Shown here in pieces: positions 1 through 9,597 of a DNA stretch of 64,000 nt (the first letter of the stretch is position 1; each line of letters begins with the position of its first letter). This DNA is from Nitrospirota bacterium. GTDB lineage: Bacteria; Nitrospirota; Thermodesulfovibrionia; Thermodesulfovibrionales; Dissulfurispiraceae. Made by a program: the position numbers and the translations under genes. Location of the stretch: NCBI GenBank assembly GCA_040754455.1, contig JBFMCP010000010.1, positions 1 to 64,000 of the forward strand. Reading direction: 5' to 3'. The notes under the pieces were generated by a model. The model did not search any database, was not told where the DNA came from, and was given only the letters and a program-made list of their open reading frames with translations.

Positions 1-834
1 CCTCTTTCTGCCGAATCTGTCTGCCGCTATGCCGGCTGGTATGGCGGATAGAGAATAGATAAGATTAAATGACAGATACACAACAGGAATCATCACTGTA
101 GGGATGCCCACCTGCTGCGCTCTCAATATCAGGAAAACGTCACTGGAATTGCCCAGGGCAAAAATAGTCATGATCACGACGAAAAATCTGAACCGGGCGT
201 CGAAATGGTCGGTGGTGAGCTTCGGCCTGGCGGAGCTGGGAAGAGGGGTTTTCTTTCTCTGCTCAGTAATGAAGAGGATAATCAGGAGGACCGCAATCGC
301 TCCGGGTACTATTGAGATCCAGAAGACCTTCCGGTAGTCGTTGTCGAGCAGCCCGAGCAATTGGAATGCAACGGCGGGTCCTATAACCGCTCCGAATGTA
401 TCCATCGCCTTTTGCAGACCGAACGCCCGGCCGAGGCAGGCGCTTTCAGATGATTCTGCAATAAGCGCGTCTCGGGGAGCAACCCGTATGCCTTTGCCGA
501 ACCGATCAGTAAACCTTGAAGTGAGGACATAGTGCCAATCGGGAGCTAAAGCAATAAGAGGTCTGCTCAGGGTGGAGATGCCGTATCCGGCTGCCATGAG
601 CCATTTGCGACTGCCTATTCTATCGGAAAGCCAGCCTGAAAAAACGCGCAGCAGACTTGCCGTCGATTCGGCAACGCCCTCTATAAGCCCGATGGTAGAT
701 TTGTTCGCCCCAAGGACATTCGACAGAAAGAGCGGCACAAGCGGGTATATCATCTCGGAGCTGAAATCCATGAAAAAACTCACCAGCCCGGTGATGACCA
801 CATTCTTGTCGAACCCAAAGAATTTGTTACGCAT
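1..834 (-). CDS. MFS transporter (partial, runs off the window start)
   Basis: Not in the ORF track. Translated manually from ATG at 834: MRNKFFGFDKNVVITGLVSFFMDFSSEMIYPLVPLFL...GWLSDRIGSRK (MFS motif A)...GKGIRVAPRDALIA...ADRFGRKR. Starts 2 nt after the dynamin stop. Confidence 0.88.
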   Translation of the reverse strand, partial: MRNKFFGFDKNVVITGLVSFFMDFSSEMIYPLVPLFLSNVLGANKSTIGLIEGVAESTASLLRVFSGWLSDRIGSRKWLMAAGYGISTLSRPLIALAPDWHYVLTSRFTDRFGKGIRVAPRDALIAESSESACLGRAFGLQKAMDTFGAVIGPAVAFQLLGLLDNDYRKVFWISIVPGAIAVLLIILFITEQRKKTPLPSSARPKLTTDHFDARFRFFVVIMTIFALGNSSDVFLILRAQQVGIPTVMIPVVYLSFNLIYSLSAIPAGIAADRFGRKR

Positions 835-836
835 GG

Positions 837-2609
837 CTATGCGGCTTCCTTCTTGATGCCATTGAGGGCATCTCTGATGGCATCTATTTTTTGTGCCGTC
901 TCTGCCAATATCCTCTTTCGCTCCTCGACCTCCTCTTCGCCCCTGCTCCGCTGGTTCACGCCTTTTTCTATCGCGGTGCCAATCCCCTCGATAGTCGCCT
1001 CTATTTTTTGGAGCATCTCCCATCTGAAGGCCAGCTTGCTTCTTTGTATCCGCTCCTCGAAATCATTCCCTGACCTTCCCAATTGCAGATCTATGGCCCG
1101 GACAAGATAGTCCTGCATCTTCTTAAGGATGATCCTGTCTCCGATAAATTTAGGCAGCGCGATCGTCAACGAAGAGGCGACCATCTCGATCCCTCCGGGC
1201 TGCTCCTTGAATTTATAATAAAACCGTGATTTGGTAGACCAGAGTGCCTCGGTTTTGATCGCCTCGAAGGGGATATCAAAGAGATCGGACGAGAACTTCA
1301 GGAGCGCGTCAATAGCGTCATCGATCTTTACCACGAACCTCCTGCAAATCACTTCAAAGGCCTTTGCAAGCCGGTCCTCTTCCATCACCCGCCAAGTGCT
1401 GAACGCCTGCTTTACATGGTCTATGATGGCCTGTTCAAGAGCGGTCCTGAGCTGCCTGGAAGGAAGTGTTTTCATTTGAGTGAACTGCTCCTCAAGGTGT
1501 GCTTGCACGCGGGCAAGCAGTTCCTTTCTGAACCGCGTAATATCCTCATCGAGGACGTCCCTGGTCAGTCTCTTTGTTTCGCCATCGAGGAGGATATCGA
1601 AGTCCTGTTTTTCGAGCAATACTTCCTGCTTTTTCGCCTCAAATGCCCTGATCTTCTGCTGCAGTTCGTCAAGAGGGGCGGTAAGGGATTTCATTTCAAG
1701 CTCAAGCTCAAGCTTAGTCTGAGAGATCACCCTGAGCAGGTTGTTCGCCGCTGATACGATGAGCACCTTCCCCTTCTCCTCCAGGAGAAAGGTATCCAGC
1801 ATATGTGAGAAGCGGGGCAGAAGGCTCTTCTGAACCATATCCTCGGAATTGGTGAGTTTGCCCTCCAGTGCCAGCCGGGCTGAGACAGGGAATATCCGCA
1901 CCTCGGCCCCCATAATCTCCTTGAGGACGCTTCTTGTAAAATCGATTGATTCCCTTAGATCGTTTTCATTCAAGTAATCAGCCTTATTAAGAAGGAAAAA
2001 TATCTTGTGAGAGTATTCCTTTACGTCTTGCAGGAAATCCAGTTCAGCTTTGCCCATGGGCTGATCGACAGACAGGAGAAAGACAGCTGCATCAGACTTC
2101 GGCAGGTATCGGTAAGCCACGTCGGTATTATGCTGGTAGATGGAGCCTACGCCCGGTGTATCAATAAGCCGGACACCTTCTTTGAGATAGGGTGAGGGGT
2201 AGGTGACTATAACCTCGCTTACATCCTTGATGTTTTTCGGGTTTCCCTTTTCCGTGACGTATTCCGGAAGACTTTCGGGCTTGATCTCTGTGGCCCTGCC
2301 GTCATTGAAGTAGACCTTGATACTCATGGTCTCCCCATAGGTCATGATCGTAACGATTGAAGTTAGAGGCACTACAGCAACCGGCAAGATCTCAGCTCCC
2401 AAGAGGGCATTGATAAGGCTGGTCTTCCCTCTCTTGAACTGTCCGACAACGATGAGGTTGAATGTGTTCGTTGCGATTTTTTCCCTGAGCTCTTCGCAGG
2501 GGCAGCCGCGAAGATATTCAATGGCTGACACTTCATCGATACAGCGCAGAAGTTCAGCCTTTAGATGTGCATACCGTGAGGGTACGGATATATCTGTTCC
2601 CGAATCCAT
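837..2609 (-). CDS. Bacterial dynamin-like GTPase (Dynamin_N)
   Basis: G1 GQFKRGKT, G2 region LPVAVVPLTS, G3 DTPG, G4 NKAD, then a long helical/coiled-coil stalk; 590 aa. Confidence 0.88.
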   Translation of the reverse strand: MDSGTDISVPSRYAHLKAELLRCIDEVSAIEYLRGCPCEELREKIATNTFNLIVVGQFKRGKTSLINALLGAEILPVAVVPLTSIVTIMTYGETMSIKVYFNDGRATEIKPESLPEYVTEKGNPKNIKDVSEVIVTYPSPYLKEGVRLIDTPGVGSIYQHNTDVAYRYLPKSDAAVFLLSVDQPMGKAELDFLQDVKEYSHKIFFLLNKADYLNENDLRESIDFTRSVLKEIMGAEVRIFPVSARLALEGKLTNSEDMVQKSLLPRFSHMLDTFLLEEKGKVLIVSAANNLLRVISQTKLELELEMKSLTAPLDELQQKIRAFEAKKQEVLLEKQDFDILLDGETKRLTRDVLDEDITRFRKELLARVQAHLEEQFTQMKTLPSRQLRTALEQAIIDHVKQAFSTWRVMEEDRLAKAFEVICRRFVVKIDDAIDALLKFSSDLFDIPFEAIKTEALWSTKSRFYYKFKEQPGGIEMVASSLTIALPKFIGDRIILKKMQDYLVRAIDLQLGRSGNDFEERIQRSKLAFRWEMLQKIEATIEGIGTAIEKGVNQRSRGEEEVEERKRILAETAQKIDAIRDALNGIKKEAA

Positions 2610-2623
2610 TGCCCATCGCCTTG

Positions 2624-3340
2624 CTACAGCACTTCTGGATTTACGTCCCTATGGGTGTACTTTATGACATTCACATCCGATAGTACGACGATGCCCTCGT
2701 CCACCATGCCATCGAGAATGGGAATAACCTTACTAATATTCTCTTCGCTGTCCATCACCGTAATCAGGATAGGCACTTCCTCTTTCTTTGAAAGGGTCTT
2801 CTTCTTGTGGTATCTCCGGTGAGGGCCATATCCAGCAATCGCCTTATACACGGTCGCCCCGGCAATATCATTCATGATGAGTCTTTTTACTATTGCCTCA
2901 TAGAGCGGCTCGCCCTCCCACTTATCATCTCCGCTTATGATTATTCGGAGCATCTTTGCCTTGCCTTCGAGTTTCATATGCTCTCCTTCCTCTTTCTCTT
3001 CCTTTACCGCCATGGGACGACTCTTGACCACGGTGGTATCGCTCACTTCTATAAGCCCTTTCTCCACGACATGATAGATATCGGGCAGAACTTTATTGAT
3101 CATGTCCTCGGAGTCTACTGCCTCGACTTTCACCGGCAGAGTGGTTGACAGTTCGAGCATTTTTGCCGTATGAAAGACCCCATCGGTTCCGTATCCGGCC
3201 ATGCCCCTGAAGACGCTCACCCCGGCGATCTTCTTCTTGTAAAGAATATCCAGCAGCACCTCATAGACCGGTTTGCCCGTGAACCGGTCTGTTTCGTCTA
3301 CGTATACCGTAAGTTTCTTTGCTGGCCCTTTGGTTACCAT
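2624..3340 (-). CDS. Tandem DUF190 (PII-like) protein, two copies of the domain
   Basis: Two homologous halves (KLTVYVDETD...GVSVFRGMAGYG...LPVKVEAVDSE and MLRIIISGDD...GATVYKAIAGYG...VPILITVMDSE); directly after crcB, the usual DUF190 context. Confidence 0.85.
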   Translation of the reverse strand: MVTKGPAKKLTVYVDETDRFTGKPVYEVLLDILYKKKIAGVSVFRGMAGYGTDGVFHTAKMLELSTTLPVKVEAVDSEDMINKVLPDIYHVVEKGLIEVSDTTVVKSRPMAVKEEKEEGEHMKLEGKAKMLRIIISGDDKWEGEPLYEAIVKRLIMNDIAGATVYKAIAGYGPHRRYHKKKTLSKKEEVPILITVMDSEENISKVIPILDGMVDEGIVVLSDVNVIKYTHRDVNPEVL

Positions 3341-3350
3341 GTGTCATCTC

Positions 3351-3737
3351 CTATATGCTTTTTGCTATCACTTCTCCCGTTTTTAAGGCAACGAAACCTA
3401 AAAGGACGCTGAGTATAATGTTCAATGATGCAAGCAGCATCTCGCCATCCTTGAGTAGCCCCCCTGTTTCGTATTCAAAGGTCGAGAAGGTCGTGTACGC
3501 GCCGAGAAAGCCGACGACCAGCAGTAATCTCCATTGGGGATTCACCATGCGCCGTTCCGTAAGAAGAGTCATCAATAAGCCGATCAGGAAGCTGCCGCTT
3601 ACGTTAATGAGAAACGTGCCCATGGGAAAGTCCTTCCCCCACTTCTGTCCTACCCATGTTGCGAGGCCATATCTGGTCATTGCACCGATAAAGCCGCCTG
3701 TCCCTATCATCAGATAATTCTTGATCATGTACAACAA
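3351..3737 (-). CDS. crcB: Fluoride efflux channel CrcB/Fluc
   Basis: GGFIGAMTRY, FPMGTFLINVSGSF and GFLGAYTTFSTF signatures. Confidence 0.96.
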   Translation of the reverse strand: MLYMIKNYLMIGTGGFIGAMTRYGLATWVGQKWGKDFPMGTFLINVSGSFLIGLLMTLLTERRMVNPQWRLLLVVGFLGAYTTFSTFEYETGGLLKDGEMLLASLNIILSVLLGFVALKTGEVIAKSI

Positions 3738-3752
3738 GCTCCTCTCCTACAA

Positions 3753-4178
3753 TTATTTCACAATGGTTACCGTACAGGGGGCATAAGTGGCCACCCTTTT
3801 TGAAACCGAGCCCAGAAGCCAGCTTTCTACTTTCGACTTTCCTTTCTGTCCCACGATCACCATGTCGCTCTTTTCTTCTTTTGCGTATCTGATGATCTGG
3901 TCTGCCGGGTGTCCCACCGCAATGGTCGTCCTTATCTCCAGCCCCTTTGTCTTAGCCTTCTCCCTGAGTTCTGCCAAGAGCTTTTCATAATGCTGCGTTG
4001 CATTGTCGATTACGGCGTCCATCTCGACGATATCGATCGGTTCCGGGGGCTGGGCGACCGAAAGGACGAGTATCTCAGGCGCTACTACCGGACAGAGCCG
4101 TGCTGTCTCAAGCGCAAAATCAAAGGCTTTATACGATTGGGGAGAGCCGTCAAAGGCAACGAGCATCTTTTTAAGCAT
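3753..4178 (-). CDS. Universal stress protein (Usp)
   Basis: KKMLVAFDGS...GHPADQII...DMVIVGQKGKS...LLGSVS...APCTVTIVK. Confidence 0.93.
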   Translation of the reverse strand: MLKKMLVAFDGSPQSYKAFDFALETARLCPVVAPEILVLSVAQPPEPIDIVEMDAVIDNATQHYEKLLAELREKAKTKGLEIRTTIAVGHPADQIIRYAKEEKSDMVIVGQKGKSKVESWLLGSVSKRVATYAPCTVTIVK

Positions 4179-4192
4179 AGAGACCTCCTTGG

Positions 4193-5365
4193 CTATACAG
4201 AGTGTTCATCTTTTTTCCTCTCAGGTAATAGATAGTGTGGAATGAAGAAGGCGTTGGCTATGAGCGTCGGCACGACTGCGCTGCCGATAACTGCGACGAT
4301 GAGAAGCGAGTATTGCTGCTGGCTTATAATCCCATGCGTAAGCCCGAAAAGGGCCGAGATCGAGCCGAAGGTCAATCCCGTGGACATAAGCAGAGTCGTG
4401 TAGATGCCCTCTTTCTGTGCGTATTTGTAGAGCTTCGTTGCGGGGTACACTCCAACGATTTTAGTGACCATCTTTGCGCCAAAAAGCACAAGCAGAGCGG
4501 CAGGGGCAGCGATTATAGCCGGAACCGAGACATACGATCCGGCGCGTATAAAGTAGAACGGCGTAAGCAGGCCGAAGGTCAGGGTACGGAGCCGTCTTAT
4601 AAGTACATGATCTCTGCCCACAGTCCCGGCAAGCACCATGCCCACCACATATGCGGGCAGCACTGCTTCGCTGTCCGACCACACCGCCAGGGACCCCAGA
4701 CCGAAAAGGATCATCAGAAGATATTTAGCTTCGAGCTCCGATGGCCGACCCCCGTATTTTTTAAAGAAGCGCGGGGTAAGTGATGGCAGGATGAAGAATA
4801 CTACGGTGTTGGCCCCGACAAAGATCAATGTCTTTATTGTGAACGGCGCGAAGATGAGCCCCAGCGCGAGGACGGTCCCGAGGTCGGTGACGAAACAAGC
4901 GGCGAGCACGGCTTTGCCGAAGTCGGTTTTGTTCAGTCCCAGCTCGAGCATGACCGCGTATACCACGGCAACCGAGGTCGTCGAGAGGGCCACGCCTGAG
5001 AGCCAGCTTGCCTTCACCGTCCAATGGAGGAGATAGTAAGCGGCTGCGGTGCAGCCGAGAAAGGGTGCGAGGAAAGAGATGACCCCGATGGCTGATGCTT
5101 CTTTCAGCTTTGCCTTAAAGACAACCGGATCAAGCTCCGCCCCTGCAAGAAAGGTAAGCACAATAGCTCCTGTGCCGGAGAGAAACTTGATCCATGGCTC
5201 ATTTGAGCCGAGCGTTGCTCCAATGAGAGCGCCTATGATTAACTGAGCGACGGTACCGACGACGATCTCGGAAAGGGCGGTGGCAATACGGAGCCATATG
5301 GAAAGCAGAGTCGCGATTAAGGCGAGTCCCAACCAGAGTGCCGCTATCCCCCAGACCTCATGCAT
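4193..5365 (-). CDS. Cation:proton antiporter (Na+/H+ exchanger family)
   Basis: About 12 hydrophobic segments; FLAGAELD, LSTTSVAVV and ACFVTDL motifs; RBS AAGGAG upstream. Confidence 0.88.
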   Translation of the reverse strand: MHEVWGIAALWLGLALIATLLSIWLRIATALSEIVVGTVAQLIIGALIGATLGSNEPWIKFLSGTGAIVLTFLAGAELDPVVFKAKLKEASAIGVISFLAPFLGCTAAAYYLLHWTVKASWLSGVALSTTSVAVVYAVMLELGLNKTDFGKAVLAACFVTDLGTVLALGLIFAPFTIKTLIFVGANTVVFFILPSLTPRFFKKYGGRPSELEAKYLLMILFGLGSLAVWSDSEAVLPAYVVGMVLAGTVGRDHVLIRRLRTLTFGLLTPFYFIRAGSYVSVPAIIAAPAALLVLFGAKMVTKIVGVYPATKLYKYAQKEGIYTTLLMSTGLTFGSISALFGLTHGIISQQQYSLLIVAVIGSAVVPTLIANAFFIPHYLLPERKKDEHSV

Positions 5366-5388
5366 CAGCTTTCTCCTTTGCGGACATT

Positions 5389-5490
5389 AAAAAACTCCTA
5401 CTTGTAAGCGATCAGCGATCAGCACCCAGCGATCAGTAAAAATACTGAACCGCTGAAAGCTAAAAGCTGAAGACCGACATCGTAGGAGTT
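5389..5490 (-). terminator. Expression-platform terminator of the fluoride riboswitch (long loop)
   Basis: On the minus strand the aptamer 3' end AACUCCUAC can pair with downstream GUAGGAGUU, followed by a U-tract (plus strand aaaaaactcctac at about 5389-5401). Confidence 0.7.
5404..5478. repeat. Heptamer-periodic imperfect inverted repeat (atcagcg-type / gctgaaa-type)
   Basis: gtaagcg atcagcg atcagca cccagcg atcagta ... gctgaaa gctaaaa gctgaag. Confidence 0.7.
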
Positions 5491-5536
5491 ATCAGCTTCG
5501 GAAGCAGAAGCGGTTAACGGCGAACTCCATCGCCTT
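5482..5536 (-). ncRNA. Fluoride riboswitch (crcB motif)
   Basis: Minus strand GGCGAUGGAGUUCGCCGUUAACCGCUUCUGCUUCCGAAGCUGAUAACUCCUAC matches the consensus, including the GGAGUU/AACUCC pseudoknot; upstream of an operon containing crcB. Confidence 0.93.
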
Positions 5537-5549
5537 TTCACTTTCCTTT

Positions 5550-5578
5550 AAAATAGCAAAATAGTACCTGCAAGTCAA
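5550..5578 (-). promoter_or_regulatory. Sigma70-type promoter for the fluoride operon
   Basis: TTGACT-N17-TATTTT with an extended TG, about 15 nt upstream of the aptamer. Confidence 0.6.
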
Positions 5579-5990
5579 ATCAATTAACAATGGTGAATCA
5601 GTGGTGAAAAGCAAGAGATAGTACACCATTTCCAGCTAAGACAAAAATGGAGTTGGTATTTCAATTCATGCTGCTTTCAAGAAATCCTTCACATCGCCTG
5701 ATTCCATTACGGGACTGAACAGTATAGGAGTATATCTCCAGTGGTGACGCCTACTTTCCGAAAGGACAAAGTGGATACCTGCACTCTCTGCAATTGAGGC
5801 ACAATCCACCATGACCGAGCTCGGCAAGCTCCCGCCTGCCGATGCTCTCCCTCTATGGCCACCCCTTTGCCCATGAGCACAGCGGAAAGGACATGCGCTG
5901 CGTCATCCTCATGCATCTCGTCACCTGCGATGCTTACTACTAACAGGTGCTCTTTTCCACGCCTCTGCAGATGCTCTATGTCAAAAGGAG

Positions 5991-7080
5991 TCACGACATG
6001 GCCTTTTGGGGGCTCTGCTGGGATTCCTGTGGGTACATATCCAGCTTTCCATAGAAGAACAGTATAGCGGTTCTGTAATTCTCAAAGTTTCTGAATCCCT
6101 GTGCTGCTGACTTCACCTGCTGAATCTTGCTGTTGATTCCCTCAGCCACTGCGTTCGTAATTCGATGCCTTAGGTAAGTCAGTATGTTGTCCGGATGCCG
6201 CTTCAGCGTCTTGGCAACCTCTGCCATCGGCTTTAACCTTGAGTGGGTTGCCCACCAGTACCACCTCTTGAAAAAGTGCCGTGCCGATTTCTCATAGCTG
6301 CAGTCCCTTAAATCTGAGAACAGCTCTTTAATGGCCCAGGCACGCCCTACCTGTAACCCCTTGCTCTTCAATTCCTTGAACTGCCGCTTCTGCTCATCAC
6401 TCCAGTTCCGGGGATTGGTAAGCCACAAGTACTTTGTCCCCTTCAGTGTCTCTTCGCCTTCCTTCTTGAGCCCTCTGTGCTCTGATTTCCGCACCTTATC
6501 CACTGCCTCGCCCAGATACTTCGCTATATGAAACTTATCATGTACGATGTCAGCCTCGGGCAGTAGTTTTTCCACGGCATTGATATACGGCTTCCACATG
6601 TCTATTGTCACCGCCGCTATCTGCTGCCGCTGCTCCTCCGGCATCCTTCCACGCAGTTCCTTAAAAAAATCTTCCTTCCGTTCTTGCGCTACGTCCAGCA
6701 CCCGCCCTTTATCCAAATCGCTCAGAACTGCGGCACACCGGTGCCCTTTTAGAAAACTCTTCTCATTCACCCCCATCCGCCGGAGGGCGGCGCCCTGCCT
6801 CCTCTGAAGACCTCTGCGCACTGCCTTCTCCTGAATCAGATGCGCCTGATCCCAAGTGAGACTTGACAGCTCCTTCGCCTTGGTCTGGTTCAAACAGCCT
6901 AAAAGCACATCAATTGCCAATCGCTCAAATAAGGCTGTAAAACGTGAATTGCCTTCCGGTCGCGCGGCCATGTGATCCATAAATCTACTCTTAGCCCCGC
7001 ACAACGACCACCTTGATAGCCGACACGTCCCACGGTTCTTTTAATCCCCACAGCTGCCGTTAAAGCTCTTTATCCTGCAC
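5991..7080 (-). pseudogene. ISL3 transposase pseudogene
   Basis: Motifs IDMWKPY, DKFH, TNAVAEGINSKIQ, GFRNFENY. The N-terminus VQDKEL*RQLWGLKEPWDV has in-frame stops, the zinc-finger region is missing, and the first catalytic Asp reads GVNEKSF instead of GVDEKSF. Confidence 0.85.
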
Positions 7081-7160
7081 CCGCCATTTTGAAAGGCAGC
7101 TTGCACGAAATCAGACCCTCATTTTAACCCCTCTGCTTCCACACAAAACCCTGAAGAGCC
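6011..7160 (-). mobile_element. ISL3-family insertion sequence, degenerate
   Basis: Imperfect terminal IRs GGCTCTTCAGGGTTTTGTGTGG (7160 end) and GGCTCTGCTGGGATTCCTGTGG (6011 end); DDE_Tnp_ISL3 motifs inside; no target-site duplication visible. Confidence 0.85.
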
Positions 7161-7360
7161 ATAATAGAAGAAAACTGACCGACGTTGCATTGTCTGTTGC
7201 CATTACCGCTGGTATTCGCCTGTGATCCAACCGGCAGAATAGCCGAATGAGACGGCGCTGATTCTTCCGGAGAACGAGCAAATTTCTGTTATACTATCAC
7301 AAATCGCTCCTTTTCATGGCTGTGCATCATTGTATTAACATTTGGAGATTTGAGCTATCG

Positions 7361-7690
7361 ATGAAAGCTCTTGCAACAACAGGTCTATTTGTCATAACTG
7401 CCGTCGCTGAAATCGCCGGCTGCTATCTGCCGTATCTTTGGTTGAAAGGACGCGCTCCGGTCTGGGTTTTGGGGCCGGCCTCGATATCGCTCGGTATTTT
7501 TGTCTGGCTGCTTACGCTTCATCCCTCCGACGCCGGCCGTATCTATGCAGCCTATGGAGGGGTTTATGTCGCCACTGCATTGCTTTGGCTCTGGCTTGTA
7601 GACGGTGTCCGTCCGCATCTGTGGGATGTCGCCGGTTCGGTGGTGGCGATAATCGGCATGGCCATCATCATGTTTGCGCCCCGCACGTAA
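7361..7690 (+). CDS. ynfA: YnfA/UPF0060 small membrane protein (SMR-like)
   Basis: [13 protein letters not shown]...[12 protein letters not shown]...D...G...APR; ATG at 7361 is more likely than 7316. Confidence 0.9.
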   Translation: MKALATTGLFVITAVAEIAGCYLPYLWLKGRAPVWVLGPASISLGIFVWLLTLHPSDAGRIYAAYGGVYVATALLWLWLVDGVRPHLWDVAGSVVAIIGMAIIMFAPRT

Positions 7691-7718
7691 ATGAAAGGCA
7701 TCTCCCGGCCGGACAAAG

Positions 7719-8825
7719 CTAACCTGTAGCTGTCATCCCGCCGATAAAAAACAGACTCTTTCTCCTCAAAGCCACTGTTGCGTCCTGTGTCTTTTGAATG
7801 TCCAGTTTCCGGAAGACGTAATTGGTGACCTCTATTTCGATCGTCCTGAGCGCGCCTTCCGGGCTGAAAAAAACCGTATGCGATCCCCCTTTTCCGAAAA
7901 CATTGGCTATCTTACCTTGCAATATATTGTCATGTGCATACTCCCGGCAGTCGTGCCCCAGGATCAGTACCTCCTCTGCCCGTATGCCTATCTCAACGGA
8001 AGCCCCCGGCTCTATTATCCTCAGCCTGTCAGGCGGCGCAGTGAGCGTAGCGGCGAGTTCAGGACAAAAGACGGAGACGCCGTCACTATCGACCCCGGTT
8101 ATCTCAGCTCTGAATATGTTTTTAATGCCGAAATATTCAGCCACGTCGCGCGTCGAAGGACTGTGATATATCTCGTCCTTTTCCCCGGTCTGGCGAATCC
8201 TGCCGCCGATCATGATGCTGATATGATTCGCCAAGAAGAATGTCTCCTCCATGTCATGGCTCACCATCAGGGTTGTGAATCCGTATTTCTGCTGTAACTC
8301 CCTGAGCAAAAACCACATCTCCTTTTTCATTCCCTCATGAAGCGAAGATAGCGGTTCATCAAGGAGAAGGTATCTATGCCCCGGCGCAAGCGCCCGGGCA
8401 ATGGCGACCCTCTGCCGCTCCCCTCCACTGAGGTTGACCGCCTTCCTTTTGAGCAGATGGGCGATACCCAATGACGCGGCGATTTCGCGTGCCGCCTCGT
8501 AACGCTTTTTGTGTCCTCTATTACGGCTGTGCCTGATACCGTAAAAGATATTCCCTTCCACCGTCAGATGCGGGAATATGGCCAAATCCTGTGCGACATA
8601 AGAGAATCCCCTTTCATGCACGGGCAGATTCGTTATATCTCTTCCATCCAAGACAATACTGCCTTTCTGAATCTTTCTGAATCCTATGACGGCTTCAAGG
8701 AGCGTCGTCTTGCCGCAACCGGTCGGTCCGATAATAACGTGGCACGAGCCCGACTCCGCTGTCAGGGATATATCCTCCAATGAGAACCCCTTCGTTTGAA
8801 CCGCAATATTTCTTATCTCAATCAC
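7719..8825 (-). CDS. modC: Molybdate/tungstate ABC transporter ATP-binding protein
   Basis: Walker A GPTGCGKT, LSGGERQRVA, LLDEP, C-terminal TOBE-like region; in operon with modAB. Confidence 0.82.
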   Translation of the reverse strand: MIEIRNIAVQTKGFSLEDISLTAESGSCHVIIGPTGCGKTTLLEAVIGFRKIQKGSIVLDGRDITNLPVHERGFSYVAQDLAIFPHLTVEGNIFYGIRHSRNRGHKKRYEAAREIAASLGIAHLLKRKAVNLSGGERQRVAIARALAPGHRYLLLDEPLSSLHEGMKKEMWFLLRELQQKYGFTTLMVSHDMEETFFLANHISIMIGGRIRQTGEKDEIYHSPSTRDVAEYFGIKNIFRAEITGVDSDGVSVFCPELAATLTAPPDRLRIIEPGASVEIGIRAEEVLILGHDCREYAHDNILQGKIANVFGKGGSHTVFFSPEGALRTIEIEVTNYVFRKLDIQKTQDATVALRRKSLFFIGGMTATG

Positions 8826-9597
8826 GGAGCCGTCCCCTTTTCGTCAACATTCTCACGCCGTAGAGCGTTGCGAGTCCGATCGAGGTGAGCAGGAGTATCA
8901 AAACAACAGTACCCTCAATATCAGCGCTCGAAAGCCTCATGAAGATGGCGATAGGCAGGGTCTCGGTCTTCATCGCCATCGAGCCGGCTATGGTGATGGT
9001 CGCGCCGAACTCCCCCAGCGCCTTTGCCCATGTGAGCACCGAGGCGGCCATAATGCCGTTTCTCGACAGGGGCAGTGTCACGGTAAAAAAGGCCTTTGCC
9101 GGAGATGCGCCGAGAGAGCGGGCCACATCTTCGTATCTATGCGGTATCTCGTCCATGGCTGATTTGATCAGCCGTGCAGCGACACCGACGGTCGTTACAA
9201 ACTGGGCGAGAACTATCCCGTATGCGGTGAAGACGAGTTGTGCGTAGTTGTCCTGGATCCACGTACCGATGGGATTATTGAAAAATATGAGCAGCATCGC
9301 GCCAAGCGCGGCTGGTGATACCATCATGGGAAGTTCAAGGATAGTGTCTATAATATGCCTGCCCCTGAAATCGAATCTCGAAAGGGCGTATGCCGAGGGC
9401 ACGGCGATAATCAGTGACAGTAAAGTTGCTGCAGTGGCGGCAGACACGCTCAGTTTTAAGGAAAAAAGCGTCCTTTCCGAAAAAAGGGTATCCATAAAGA
9501 GCGGCCGCTTCCAGAAATAAAGCAGCGACAGCGCCAGTCCCGCATACAGGGTAAAGATCGACACCGCAAAGGATATCGTCAGCCTCTTGAATGTCAC
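8818..9597 (-). CDS. modB: Molybdate/tungstate ABC transporter permease
   Basis: LPMMVSP, EAA-loop YEDVARSLGAS, LGEFGAT, TETLPIAI. Confidence 0.85.
   Translation of the reverse strand: MTFKRLTISFAVSIFTLYAGLALSLLYFWKRPLFMDTLFSERTLFSLKLSVSAATAATLLSLIIAVPSAYALSRFDFRGRHIIDTILELPMMVSPAALGAMLLIFFNNPIGTWIQDNYAQLVFTAYGIVLAQFVTTVGVAARLIKSAMDEIPHRYEDVARSLGASPAKAFFTVTLPLSRNGIMAASVLTWAKALGEFGATITIAGSMAMKTETLPIAIFMRLSSADIEGTVVLILLLTSIGLATLYGVRMLTKRGRLRD

Noticed and set aside
5707..5994. 95-aa minus-strand ORF next to ISL3
   Set aside because: No recognisable motif or RBS; probably a degraded fragment or spurious.
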